From the NCBI RefSeq assembly GCF_037042905.1, contig NC_087250.1, positions 12,464,001-12,528,000 of the forward strand: 64,000 bases of DNA, read 5' to 3'. Source of the stretch: Lytechinus pictus (lineage: Eukaryota). The position numbers and the translations under genes were made by a program. The notes beneath the pieces were generated by a model, which was not told the DNA's origin, did no database searches, and was given only the letters and a program-made list of their open reading frames with translations. This document shows positions 1-12,604 of the stretch, in pieces. Positions within the stretch are counted from its first letter, which is position 1; each line of letters opens with the position of its first letter.

Positions 1-2482
1 AACTGGGGCCATACCTACTGTTAACTGGTTGGTTTCTCTCGAAAACCCCATGATTTCACTAATTAATATATTTTATCACCCCCCCCCCCCCTGGGAAGAA
101 GTCATTGTCGCACAGTGTGTCTCAAAGTGTGTTCACACTCTGAAATATGAGTAATTATCTTCACACTGTTGGAATTAGGCATGTTACTCGTGTGAACCGC
201 ATCTTTGTAGTATCTACTATGTGAACACACTTGTGGACAGACGCTCTCACTGTACAGTCGTCCACAGTGGAATTTCAGCATTTAGACAGTATGAGACATA
301 TCTGTAAAAAGCCCATTATATGATCACACTCAAACCTAACAATGTGGAGATTTACACAGTGTGGAATTACCTTCACACTTGTAAATTTGGGAATTTAACC
401 AAATGTGAATTACATCCTTACATAGTCCAGTATGTAGACACACAGTGATCAAGATGTATGACAATGTTTTCTATCCTACTGCGATCGTCATTTACAGTTT
501 CATGAATTCTAAGTGCATGCTATTATTATTCAAACGATTATCATGCAGAATGCAGATTCAGTGTCACTATTGTAATGAAGATCGACAAAATATTATATTT
601 TCATAATTATACTACTTATATCTCAATTGTAATATTATGTTGCTGTTTTATGGTATATAATTATTTTTTTTATATTATCTGTATGTAAGTTATACATTAT
701 TTATTCCAATGTATAAGATTTGCAGGTACGTCTCTTTTATACGGTAAACATTAAATGCATGGCCTTGAGTAATTTGCCTTAGAATAGATTGATGCTCTAC
801 GATGTTGAAATAATGTAAACAAAAAATCAAAATAATCATTTTATTAATATTTGATGGTCTAGCACTCATACAACAATCTGGAGCGAGAAAACTGCTCGAG
901 GAATTTCTAGGTGAGGGTGTGTGGCGATTGCTGTTTAAAAAGCTCAGATATAATAAATAATAACCGCCCACCATGTTCTCAATGTGTAATGACATAATAT
1001 CGCTGATTTTCACTGTGTGAAAACCTAATACACCTATTCCATCATTTAGGTTTTACTAATTGTAGACTTGTGCACTTAAATTTCGTTTGACTTTCTTCTA
1101 TTACGATATGAACAAGTATTTCGTGGATGTGCATTTGTGGTGGAGGCTTAATCAGTATGGACTCCGATTTACCATTCTTCGTTAGAAGAATTTAGCTCCT
1201 ATTACTCTTACCAATGGATGAACTCTACCCAGTATTGCATGATATCATGTTCCTTCTGTAAAGTAACTACTAGTATAAAATGAACGAATTAAAAAGACAA
1301 ACTAAAAACCAACAGTTAACTTATTTGCTGTGACTAATAATTCCTGTCTTCCCGAGAAATCCATTAATACATCATTTTAATAGCAATTCTTATTCAAAAA
1401 ATATTTCAAAATATATCCTACAACAAAGAGAAAAAATCACACTTAAAGTGTTCTTACAAATTTCATACATCAATTTTTACTATACGAACATTAAAAGTTG
1501 TTGTTTAAAAGGTTTAAACAAGTATTTAAAATCTTAAACAAAACCGTTTATTTTTAATAAACTTTGTTATTTAAGATTTCAAAATATGAAGATATCAAAA
1601 TTTTCAGTTCTTGATAAATCAAGCATGCTTTTTAAACTGTTAAACAACTTCTGAAAGGTTTATATACCATAACAACGTTGTATTAAAATCTTAGACGGTG
1701 TTTCTAGCTTTTAATCCCCACTGGAGGATAAACACAGTTTTCGACAGTGTAACACACAGTGTGAAATAACCTTCACTCTGTTGATTTTAAAGCATTATAA
1801 CAGTGTGAATCAAATGTTTGAACAGTCTACTAATTTTATTTTGCAAATATTTACACTTTTGAGATATCCACAGTGTGAACATTTCTTCACACCGTTCAAT
1901 ATGAGCATTTTGACAATGCGGTTCCCATTTTTACACTGCACATTTACACTGTCGACTTGTCCACAATGGGGAATTATGCTAACATTGTTTAATTTAACAT
2001 TATGGATTATATTTTACAGAGTACCTTTATTCACACCGTGAAGCTGTCCACAGTGGCTAATTTGAGCATTTTAAAAGTGTTAATCACATCTTATCTTCGC
2101 ATATCCCATATTATGGGAACACTGGGTGTTGGGTCGTGCGCCTGTAATTCACGCTATATTTGGGGAGTTACAAATTGATGCAGAGGTTCGAGGTTCAAAC
2201 CCTGGTTCTGTCTATTAAAGGTGACGTAAAACGTCAGATCCAGGCAAAAAAACACATCTGATTGAGACATGTCTGCTAACAGTCAAACATACACACACAC
2301 AAATAATTGTGTGAACCCATTTTAATGCACTGTGAAAACAATGTCTTATCTCACAAGGCAGGTAGTTTTTTACTCGCTAATCCTTACTGTCATATTTTTG
2401 CATATAAGATAAGAATGATAATAAAATTCTCATCATTATTGTTTTCCTCCTACTGCAATCATCCCCCCCCCCTCCCCTCTAG

Positions 2483-2586
2483 ATTCTGGAAACTCTACAC
2501 TCCGGGACCCGAACGAGCTCGACTCGGAAACCGAAGAGGATATCAGAAGGGCGCCCCCATTGCGGGAAGAGATTGCAGTGTCTATG
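2483..2586 (+). CDS. RASEF: RASEF (Rab45) internal exon; upstream EF-hand/coiled-coil exons lie outside the window
   Basis: Pyrimidine tract + AG at 2481-2482, GTACGT donor at 2587. Translates (D)SGNSTLRDPNELDSETEEDIRRAPPLREEIAVSM, resembling the DSGLSTLRDPNEYDSE segment I recall from vertebrate RASEF. Ends phase 0. Confidence 0.85.
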
Positions 2587-3534
2587 GTACGTGACGCACC
2601 CACTGAGAGATCAGTGGACGCACCGTCAAAATCCCCCCCAAAATAATAATAAATAATAATAATAATAATGATAATAAGAATGATGAAAATAATAATAACA
2701 TAAATAGATAAGTAAATAAATAAATAATAATAATAAAAGTAAAAATAAAAAAGGGAACAAATACATAATTAGATCAAAAATTAAATACACATATGAAAAG
2801 GAAATAAAAACAAAAAGGAAGGTGAAAACCCAATGTTTAATTTTCAAACTGAGCCTTTAGCAACACATACAAATAAATGAATGAGTAGTAATTTCATTTT
2901 CCAATATTTATAGGAATGTTGTTTAAATTTTGGAAATATGAATTGTTAAAATCTCTTTGAGCTCTTCATTAACAAATAAAAATCGTATGGATCTATTGTT
3001 TTTTATTATGTTTGATATTCACCTCAAAGCCTTCCAACTGCAAATTCCCAGTATGATATGCCAGCATATGTTAATCTTTAAAAATCGCATGAATAAATGA
3101 ATAATTTATTAATTTCTCAGTGTATTAATTTAGAATTAATCAATAAATAAAGCTTTTTTACAGATACGAAAATAGAAAGGGTGTGAAGAGAGCAAGGGAT
3201 CACAACAGATTCTCGCTATTTTAAAACAAATTTATAAACAGATTTATATGTACAAGTCTCAAAGCAGCATGATATGACATTGATTATAATGACGACACAC
3301 GTACAGCTTATTAAAGAAATAGAAAGGAAAAGGTGATACAAAATGGAAACGGATATTTACTTCTTTCCCAATTTCGTAAAAGAGTGCCGTGGGGGAAAAA
3401 ACCCAAAGAAGTTTAATAGAGACACGGTCGAATGTAACCTCAAGAGCTAACAAAGTACAGAATTTCCAAATGAAATGGCTATTCTTGTATAAGATATCAA
3501 CGTTTTTTCCACCCACATCCACCATTCTATATAG

Positions 3535-3762
3535 AAACAAGAACTGAAAGACGCCAATCGCCAACAAGCCTCGCACCAACATGCGACACATGCAACGTCA
3601 ACCCAACATACGACCAATTCCAGGGGAGCAACGAGCGCAAGTCTTCATACGTCAAACTACGGGGAACCAATCAGAGACATGCGTTCATTATCACGTGGTA
3701 GCTCCCCGCGATCCAGCGGAGGGGGATCTCGAAAACGCGCTCTTCCCCAGCTTCCCCAACAG
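3535..3762 (+). CDS. RASEF: RASEF internal exon, low-complexity linker
   Basis: TAG acceptor at 3532-3534, CAG|GTACGT donor. Open phase 0-0 frame KQELKDANRQQASHQH...MRSLSRGSSPRSSGGGSRKRALPQLPQQ joins the flanking exons in frame. Confidence 0.75.
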
Positions 3763-5389
3763 GTACGTAAATCGTATTATGGTGGCTTTGAAGTACACTC
3801 GATCACGCATGATTTCTGTCGTGAAAGATCATTGTTGGTCGCTTATTTCACGACTTCATAGTCATGTTTGCCAATACTTCGTGAATGAATTCTCGATTTT
3901 TGGTGATAAATTCTGAATTTATAAAAAAAAAAAAAAATAAATAAGCATTTATTATTTACACATTGCACAACTCTAGTCGCAAATTTTCAATTTTATTTAG
4001 CAGCATATTTTGGAACTTTTCCTTTAGAGGTTATTTTTGTTGCGAAATAGACAAATGTTGATGTCATAGGATATCAGGTTGGGTTGTCAAAAAAGTTGCC
4101 AAAATTTTTTTTGTGACTGTTTTGGTTAAAAAGCATCGTCAGTTAACCCTACTAGGCATCCCCCAATTTAAATTTCATGAGATAAACTTTTGATTGGTTA
4201 AAGATAGGGCTTTCATCACTCTTACTTTAATATTTTTGTTCAATCATTACTTTACTCCTGTCTTTGTTCTCATTGAAGTTCAATGATTGCATTCCTAAAC
4301 TATTCATTTATAAACCGATTTATTGATTCTTTATTCAATGGAATAATATATAATTTGATACCACTAAATTTTAAATGGAATGAAATTATTTGAATATAAT
4401 ACATAATTTTAAAGTAATATCAAACTTTGATGTATTTCCTCGGATATGGTATTTGTTATTTTTACAGTGCAAAATTCAGAACCTGACTACTTAAGTTTAT
4501 TTGACTAATTATCTATTATAGTAATTATTTATATTTTCTTTAATTTACTTTAAATTTTTAGGTGACATCAGCGGTAAATAATCTTATGGAATATTTTGAA
4601 AATGAGGTATAGAAATTCATGCTGACTTAAAAGACACTTCTCAGTGGATTTTAAGTTCATCAATCTAACTAATACTTAAACGCCAACAGAAACGAATTAC
4701 TTTGTAGTCATAAAAGTAGCTTCGTGTTTTCTCTGTGTAACATTATTCTTCTAATTCCAAGACATAACATTCCTATGTTGAAACATAATCTGACAAAAGA
4801 AAAGTTGCAGAGAGTGTGATTCCTATGTTTTTGATGTTCTCTTGTTTCAGAAGTTACATATTAATATTCATCATTGACGAAACCGTAGTGTTGTAAGTTC
4901 GATGAAATAAACCTATGGGTAAATTGTGACAAAATTTCTTTGTGATGGTGAGCGCGTTCGGTACAAAATCTCGGTCTGATTGTAACAATTTAATAATATA
5001 ACAATACATGTCTTTGACAAAATCTCTGAATATTTAATATTTTAATGAACATAAGTTGTCTATCGTAGGTGTGCTCCATATTCTAATTTTCAGTTTTGAT
5101 GAAGTTTTATAACACCCGAATTAACATATGAGTTGAATGTGGTTAGAACGTTGTTAAATTACTGTAGCGCTACTTTCGAAAAAAAATGTACGGACTTGAG
5201 GTATGTTTTTATTTTTAGATAATTGTTATTGTGTTATAACCAGGTAAAAGCTATGCCTTCGTGTAAGTCCGAAACCTTTACAATGGCGTATATTTTGACC
5301 GAGTTCTCTCTAAGAATTATTTCGCTGATTCACTTTCTTTAACATTATGTTGTTTTATTTACTCCGTTTGAGTATATCGTAATGTGTAG

Positions 5390-5427
<38 letters not shown>

Positions 5428-6119
5428 TTGGTTATATTATTTATAACTATTATTTATTGGAACTGAGAGGGACTTAAGACAATCCTCTCTGATTTCTTGA
5501 AAGATTATTAATTAAATCCGGTGCCAATTATAAAAAGGCCCCAATTATACTCAATTTATAACCTTTGTTAGACATGTTAGATCGGTTTAGATAAGTTATG
5601 ATGTATTAGTTGCTTTTGTGAGTGCTTCAGTTTATGAGTATAAAGTCGATGACTGAAATTGTATATTTGTTTCATGATTGCATAATTTCAAGAAATCTAA
5701 CAACATGGATAATGAAAGCCTTCCAAAAGTACCTTATCTTTCCAGTAAATATAACAAAAATATCATTCGAACTTGATATGCAGCTGTGTTTACCCATTAT
5801 ATTGAACATTACGGGTGACAAAACACAACCCTTGATAACTCCTTTTAACAGATTCTAATTCTATGAAATCTATCAATTGACATGGATAGCTAAACCTCAG
5901 GTTACGCTGACCTGGAAAGTTCGTTAAAATATGTCTGAATGGTTTATGCGATTGTTCAGACGCGGAACACCTAGGGGGCATTCTTGATCAAGAAAATCTG
6001 ACAAAAACGGCATGTGCCCCCTCCCCCTGGTCCGCTACCACGATGGTTAAAGTTTTTTTTAATGAATCAATGACCTCATATCAATTATTCACATTTTTAT
6101 TATTTTTCTTTTGTTTTAG

Positions 6120-6258
6120 CCTCTCTCGCCAACACCATCAGCCCATCCAGAGAGGATGTACAAAATTGTTTTAGCAGGAGACGCAGCTGTGGGAAAGTCC
6201 AGTTTTATCATGAGATTGTGCAAGGGAATCTTCCACAGTAACCTCAACTCAACTTTGG
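6120..6258 (+). CDS. RASEF: RASEF Rab domain exon, P-loop (G1)
   Basis: T-rich tract + TAG acceptor, G|GTAAGT donor. [63 protein letters not shown] is characteristic of RASEF. Confidence 0.95.
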
Positions 6259-6325
6259 GTAAGTTTAGTGTGTTACCCCTGCTGGAAAGAACAGTGTCAC
6301 ACGGTGTGTTCACAGTGTGGACTAT

Positions 6326-7231
6326 GGCCCGTATTCTGAAGTCGGGTTTAACTTAAAGGAGAATGAAACATTTGGAACAAGATCGCTTGTGTGAAAACAG
6401 AAATATCAAAGAAACAGATCAACGAAAATTTGAGAAAAATCGGAAAAATAATGAGAAAGTTATGAGCATTTTAATATTGCGATCACTAATGCTATAGAGG
6501 TCCTCAAATTGGCAATGAGACAAAGATGCGTGATGTCACTTGTGAACAAGTCTCCCCATTACTTTAGTATATATTTCACTTAATAAATTGCCTCTTTTAT
6601 CACATGTATCAAGTAGATCATGTGTTCTTTCTATAGGAGTGCATGTAATACAGATTTTTAAAGAATACATCATGGATACAGAGTTTGTATCACCACAAGA
6701 AAAAGTAGAAAGATACATTTTGAGGGTATTTTATAGTCCATCAAAGGGAAAGTTGTTCACATGTGACATCACATATCATTGTTGCATTGCCAATGGGAGG
6801 ATCTCCATAGCATTAGCGATTGCAATATTCAAATGCTCATAACTTTCTCATTATTTGTCCGATTTTTCTCAAACTTTCTTTGTTCTTATTCTTTGATTTT
6901 TCTGTTTCGAAACAAGCCTACTTATTCCAAAGGTTTCATTCCCCTTTAAACTCAGGTTTTAAAGTTGTGGTTTAAGTATGAATAGCCAATTGTTACATAA
7001 ATCACTACCTGTAGAGATATATATATTTAAGCTCATTTGGCTCTCAAATCATTCATAATTGTCTAGAAAGTATGAATAGATGATTGTCTTTACCATTGAA
7101 AAAACAGGAAAGAGCACAATAAATATAAGAAACATACAACTTAATGGAAATTTTGACACTTTTGGCTTCCCATAATTTTAGCACAGAGTTAGACCATGAT
7201 CTAAGTTAAACCTGACTTCAGAATACGGGCC
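6326..7231. mobile_element. MITE family A (GGCCCGTATTCTGAAGTC TIR), interrupted copy
   Basis: TIR at both ends; homologous to 18426-18711 and 59599-59906 once 6357-6949 is removed. Confidence 0.88.
6357..6945. mobile_element. TTAA-flanked MITE (AGG...CCT ends, Kolobok-like) nested in family A
   Basis: TTAA at 6353-6356 and 6946-6949; long inverted arms starting AGGAGAATGAAAC / GTTTCATTCCCCT. Confidence 0.88.
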
Positions 7232-7512
7232 GATGTTAATATTTTATTCACACTGTTAAATATTCAAATTCAACAGTGTGAAGACAGTGTGACTGTTCAC
7301 AGCGCGTTCACATGCCCACATTGAAAAGTGTGAAGGTGATTCCACATCGTGTTGCACACATTTCCCTTTACCGTGCCAACTTAAGTTCGGATACTGAAAT
7401 TTCTGATCTAAACGTATTTTTTAGGGGGATGTCATTATTCTTTCTTTCCTTTTCTATGTATTAAGTCTAATCTATTCTTATGACGTTTTGAATCAATATC
7501 TCTTTCACGCAG

Positions 7513-7709
7513 GTGTTGACTTCCAAATGAAAACCATTGATGTGGACGACCGAGTCACATCTTTACAACTATGGGATACTGCAGGGCAGGAAAGGTTTCG
7601 CAGCATCGCTAAATCCTATTTCAGACGCGCTGATGGTGTCTTGCTGCTCTATGATTGCACGTGTGAGAGATCGTTTATTAACGTGCGTGATTGGATTGAG
7701 GCAATAGAA
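7513..7709 (+). CDS. RASEF: RASEF Rab domain exon, switch regions / G3
   Basis: CAG acceptor, GTAAGT donor at 7710. [66 protein letters not shown]. Confidence 0.96.
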
Positions 7710-7910
7710 GTAAGTATTTTATAATAATTTATTTTTATATTGACGATAGCGACAAAAACAATATAGTGACAATCACTGTTCAAACTAGTATCGATTATAC
7801 TACTGATAATGAAGACAATGACAATAATGATTATATTAATTCTAATTGCAATAATGATAATAATGATAAGGATAATGAAAATGGCAAGATTCAGCCTGCT
7901 GTCTTCTATA

Positions 7911-8328
7911 GGGTAAATTGCCAATTCGTCTACTGTCAACTCATCCACTCACCACATGGTCTACTTTCATTTAGTCTAATGCCATTTGGTCCATCAAAAT
8001 TTCGTCTAACAACCATTTGGTCCATTAACCATTTAATCCAATTATCATTACGTCTAATCACCATTTCGTCTATGACCATTTCGTCTCATAACCAGTTGGT
8101 CTAATATCCATTTCATTTTCATTCATTTTGCACAAAACACCTAGTCAAATTGGACCAAATGGTAAAAGGACTAAATGTCTATTGGACCAACTGGTTATTA
8201 GACGGAATGACATTAGACTAAATGAAAGTAGACCATGTGGTGAGTTGACGAACTGATGATAGACCAAATGATAGTAGACGAGTTGGCAATTGGACGAATT
8301 GGCATTAGACGAATTGGAAATTTAAGCC
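7911..8328. mobile_element. Palindromic MITE with short internal subrepeats
   Basis: Left arm of CCATTT(G/C)GTC(T/C)A-like units mirrored by TAGACCAAATG/TAGACGAA units in the right arm. Confidence 0.7.
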
Positions 8329-8471
8329 TTCTATAGTAGGATGACTTTTTTCATCAAGCTTGGGATACACAATGGCTACAAAACAGCTTGGAAAAGTAAG
8401 GAAAGTAAGATAAGAGGCAGCAAGATGCTCACTTTAGATTACATACAACACTTTTTCACATTTTTTAATAG

Positions 8472-8591
8472 GAGGGCTCACACAAGCCGGTACCAGTGAT
8501 GATCTGCGCGAATAAGTTGGATGCCAGGCCGCTGGCAATGACTGAGGGTGTTCGCTGTGTGAGAACAGAGGACGGTCAAAGACTCGCTACG
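8472..8591 (+). CDS. RASEF: RASEF Rab domain exon, G4 (NKLD)
   Basis: TAG acceptor, GTAAGC donor. EGSHKPVPVMICANKLDARPLAMTEGVRCVRTEDGQRLAT, phase 0-0. Confidence 0.93.
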
Positions 8592-8750
8592 GTAAGCAAT
8601 GAACTTCCTAATCAGTGTAGGTTTCACGGTACACCATTCGTCTTTCTTGGGCAAGTGTTGGTCCTGAAAAGAACCACTCAATATCTTCCTAAACAGTTTA
8701 CACTGTATTTTGGTTAAAAGGGAACATGCACGTTTGATTTACCAACGTTC

Positions 8751-9349
8751 AATAGACCAGGGGCTCGTTTCATAAAGGACTTGCAACAGTTGTAACTTTG
8801 CCATTATGGCAACCACTATGGTAACCTCGATTCTGATTGGCTGCTGAGCCATGTTACCATGGTAGTTGCCATTATGGCAAAGTTACAACAGTTGCAAGTC
8901 CTTTATGAAACGGGCCCCAGTTCGATATTACCTCATGTACAATTTTGGTCAAATGACCTTTCATTTTTGACAGTATCATAGGCAGATTTCAAAGCAAGAT
9001 ATTATGTAAGCATGCCTTACATAGCAGGATGCATAAATTGTATAGACCAAGTGATTAGAATAGCACACCAACTCTTTGAAAGTATTTGCTGCATTTTTAC
9101 TTTGAATGCATTAACCAGTTGCTATAACAATGTAGGCCCTACTTGGCCTAATGTGAAATACCAGTCGGTAGTGGACGCATTGTTGTTGTTTTTTGTTTAT
9201 CTAATGAAAAACAAAAATCAAAAGAATGTATGAATAATCAAGACATCAAAGTTGGTGCTTATCTCATTAGATATTAAACCACCATGTCACTTTTGTCCGA
9301 TTGACCTTTTTCTGATCATGCGCAGAATGGAACTCTGAATTGGCTTATT
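8751..9349 (+). mobile_element. MITE family B (AATAGACCAGTTCG...CGAACTGGCTTATT), interrupted copy
   Basis: Homologous to 28789-29244 and 54035-54490; contains the insert 8761-8917. Confidence 0.85.
8761..8917. mobile_element. 157-bp palindromic MITE with CAG TSD (PIF/Harbinger-like)
   Basis: GGGCTCGTTTCATAAAGGACTTGCAAC / GTTGCAAGTCCTTTATGAAACGGGCCC; CAG at 8758-8760 and 8918-8920. A related degenerate copy lies near 32248-32408. Confidence 0.88.
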
Positions 9350-9684
9350 CGAAGAATACAAAACAGACACTAGTATGTTGGAAGGTATTGTCGAATTAGA
9401 CTAATCTTGACTACACACATCGGTATTGTTCATGCTTTCTCCACTCTCAATATTGCCAAAAATATCAAATTTTCATGACTGGGTGAAACAAATAACCCTG
9501 TAACAACATTAAATTTATAAAGTAGTTTACAAAGCATTTCAGTTTGTCCGATTCGGTAGCTTTACTCCTACAAAAAAGGGTTACGTGCATTCCATCATCG
9601 TGGTCACTTTGTAATGACAGCTCCTCCCCCTAGATGTCGTCATAATCCGTAACCTCTTTCTATGTTTCTTTATCTTTCTTCCAG

Positions 9685-9761
9685 TCGTTTAACGCTCTTT
9701 TTATTGAGACCAGTGCCAAGGAGGGGTCGAACGTAGAGGACGCTGTGATAGAGTTGACAAG
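9685..9761 (+). CDS. RASEF: RASEF Rab domain exon, G5 (ETSAK)
   Basis: Pyrimidine tract + CAG acceptor, AG|GTAATA donor. SFNALFIETSAKEGSNVEDAVIELT(R). Too short for the ORF track. Confidence 0.93.
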
Positions 9762-10197
9762 GTAATAGCAAGAATTATAACACGGTTTCAATGATGTAAG
9801 CAAGATTGGTCAACATACGTCACGTGGAATGCATTTAATGTTCCCACGAACGCGATAAAAAAATTGTCAAACGTATTGCAAGGATGTTTTAGTTTTGAAA
9901 TTGAAAATATAATCCCGATTAAACGAGATTATACTGACAAATTTGACCCCTGATAACAACATTTTGTGAGAGTCGAAAAGAAAAGAAGAAAAAGTTTTAG
10001 TTTATTGAGATAATGAAAATCATATGAGCAGCTTTAGTAGCAGCAGTTTCTAATAATTCTATATAGTATGAATATCATATATAAAGCAGTTCTTATAGCG
10101 ATGTTAAGGTGGTGAATGTGTTGATATAATGGTAGAAAGTAATATTCTTACTAAATAATATTTGATATTGCTCTAACCTTCTGTTTCTTTTTATTAG

Positions 10198-10300
10198 GCA
10201 ACTTCACAAGCGGGAGGATTTAGAAGTTAGCTCAAGTGGAATTACGCTTAACAAAGAAACACCAGCGAAGAAAAGGGATGCGGGATGCTGCGACTTCTAA
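10198..10300 (+). CDS. RASEF: RASEF last coding exon with CCXX prenylation motif
   Basis: TAG acceptor completing the phase-2 codon. (R)QLHKREDLEVSSSGITLNKETPAKKRDAGCCDF, stop TAA at 10298-10300. Confidence 0.92.
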
Positions 10301-11696
10301 GGCTTCTCTCGTTAGCTGCCGGCTGGAGTTTTCCGACTTTTCCCGAAGTATGTCGAAAGATGCCGATCGTAATGAGACGGTATAATATGCTTCAGACATT
10401 TGGAAATAATCGTAAATATGATACATGTGGTCTCAGATTGTAGCGAGTCACAACCGTACAAACTTAGCCGACAGAGACGAACATGATCCTCCCCAAATTC
10501 AATGATGCTGGCGATTCCATCCGAAGTTTACCGACCGAAAAATACCGAGTCAATAGCGCCACCTGCGAAATCTGAGTGTGTAGTTTGAACACTTCCACAC
10601 TCAGCTTGATGGATTTCGTTAATTCGTTCAAGGAAAAAATCCCAGTTTTGCTCCTGATGCCTTATTCATAAGACATAATTGAGACTACATTGATGGTGTG
10701 CCATATCATTCCCACTTAATGTTTCATAAGAGCTAAACGTGTTTAAATTTTTATGTATAAATGTATATATTTTTCTTTTTAATTATCCTTGTTTTCCTTG
10801 CCCATGTAAGTTACATTCCATTCGTACTGTATCTGTAGTCCGTGCAATAGGATAGCATGTTGAAATATTTGACATTTTAAAACATGACGCGTAACCGTAG
10901 ATCGTGATAAAGGGGCAGAGACGTTCCTTTTTTGTAAATTCTATTTTATTTTTCACTGATTAGCTTCATGCACATGAGAACACGGTTCGAAAATTGAATC
11001 ATATTTGAGCAATTGTTTTATGACGTCACATAGAAGATTGTAGCCGCAGCATGAATTTTGAGATGTGAATTGTTAATGATACATTGCTTTATTTAGCTGA
11101 ACTCTGAATGTTAAACACGGGGAGAATCAAGGATCGACTGGCATGTCCACAAGGGACATCCCGTGTAAAGTAAAATGTTTACATGATGCTGGTAATCACT
11201 TCGAAAGATAAAAATTGTATCTATAAGTGAATTACATTGAGTCAACCTATCTACATGATCTATGAGAGGAAACCCGAAGGCATGACGTCACAATAAGAAT
11301 GCAGCTTGCGTGCATGTAATAAGAAACACCCGAACCGACCCTCATCAAGAAATGGACTAGACGTTTTTTCATTCTTAACTGAATTTTCATGCAAATTTGT
11401 ATTTAAATGTTGACCTCGTTGCTGAGAATAGAATAGAATAGAATATATATAGCGTATTTTTGGTTGGTTTTAACAAATTTTAAATAATATATTTGTCAAG
11501 CATACTGGTTGGTATTATGCCACAGTTGTCACTTGCATGTGAGTATATTTTTTTTAATCATTCACATGAACATGAATTCTTACACGTGACCAGTCATATA
11601 ATTCATTCTAACAAAAATTGTCCCTTTCTGGATATACCTCTAATTATTTATTTAAGAGTCTACCATTCGTGTGATGTAAAACGAAAAATGATATGA

Positions 11697-11702
11697 AATA
11701 AA
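11697..11702 (+). promoter_or_regulatory. Candidate RASEF polyadenylation signal
   Basis: AATAAA about 1.4 kb after the stop, followed ~30 nt later by a T-rich stretch and then repeat DNA. Confidence 0.35.
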
Positions 11703-12365
11703 TCTTCAAAATAATTGAATTGGCAACGTCTTTTTTGGTATTCCAATATTCTCTCTTAGAGGCCTGGACCTATATTTTGAGTGACCTTTTAATATAATTT
11801 TGTTCAACTTGTATTTCAAAGATATTGATGAAGATTTGTCATGATCATGCATGGTAATCAATGATAAAAACAATCATGATATTAATAATAATAATATGCA
11901 ATCATTATAATTATGATGATAATGACAATAATGATAATAATAATAATGATAATAATACTAATAGTATTGATAAGAACAATGAAAATAATAAAAGTGATAC
12001 CAATAATAATAGTGATGAGGAGATGGCGGGTTGATCATAATACTCGGCTTCATGCAACAATAATTGATACAATCTAAAAAAAGATTGAGTAAAAATTTGC
12101 CCAATATTGGGTAAAACGGGAACAAGCATGTTTGATGCGTAATTTTTTCCCATCATATTGGGTAAAATGCAAGTTTAAAGGGTAAATTTGATTGCAACAT
12201 TGCGTAAAATATTTACAAAGTAAATTACCAAGCAAGCAACATTTTCCCATTTTACCAAATATCTTATGGGTAAACTGTTCTAGAGTGTAAATCGGGACGA
12301 TATCTTTGTCTACGATATAATCGTCTCTAAATAGAAGCGACGAAACAGTGACAGATTTTCTTTTA

Positions 12366-12604
12366 CACTGCAAAAACTCAGGTGTTGATTTAACACCAGC
12401 CCGGAATCTATATATGTCCACACCAGAAAAGTATTGAAACAACACCCGTTTGGAATCAAACCGATGCTGTTTTAATAATAATTGGTGTTGAATAAACACC
12501 TATCTGGTGTTAGACCAAAACCAAACTGGTGTAGTTTAACACTTCTCTGGTGTGGACATAGATTCCTGGGCTGGTGTTAAATCAATACCGGTGTTTTTGC
12601 AGTG
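12366..12604. mobile_element. CACTG-ended palindromic MITE, TA TSD (CMC/EnSpm-like)
   Basis: CACTGCAAAAAC...GTTTTTGCAGTG flanked by TA; internal AACACC/GGTGTT subrepeats. Confidence 0.85.

Noticed and set aside
7911..8328. CRISPR-like spaced short repeats
   Set aside because: Eukaryotic intron, degenerate mirrored subrepeats, no unique spacers or cas genes; it is a MITE.
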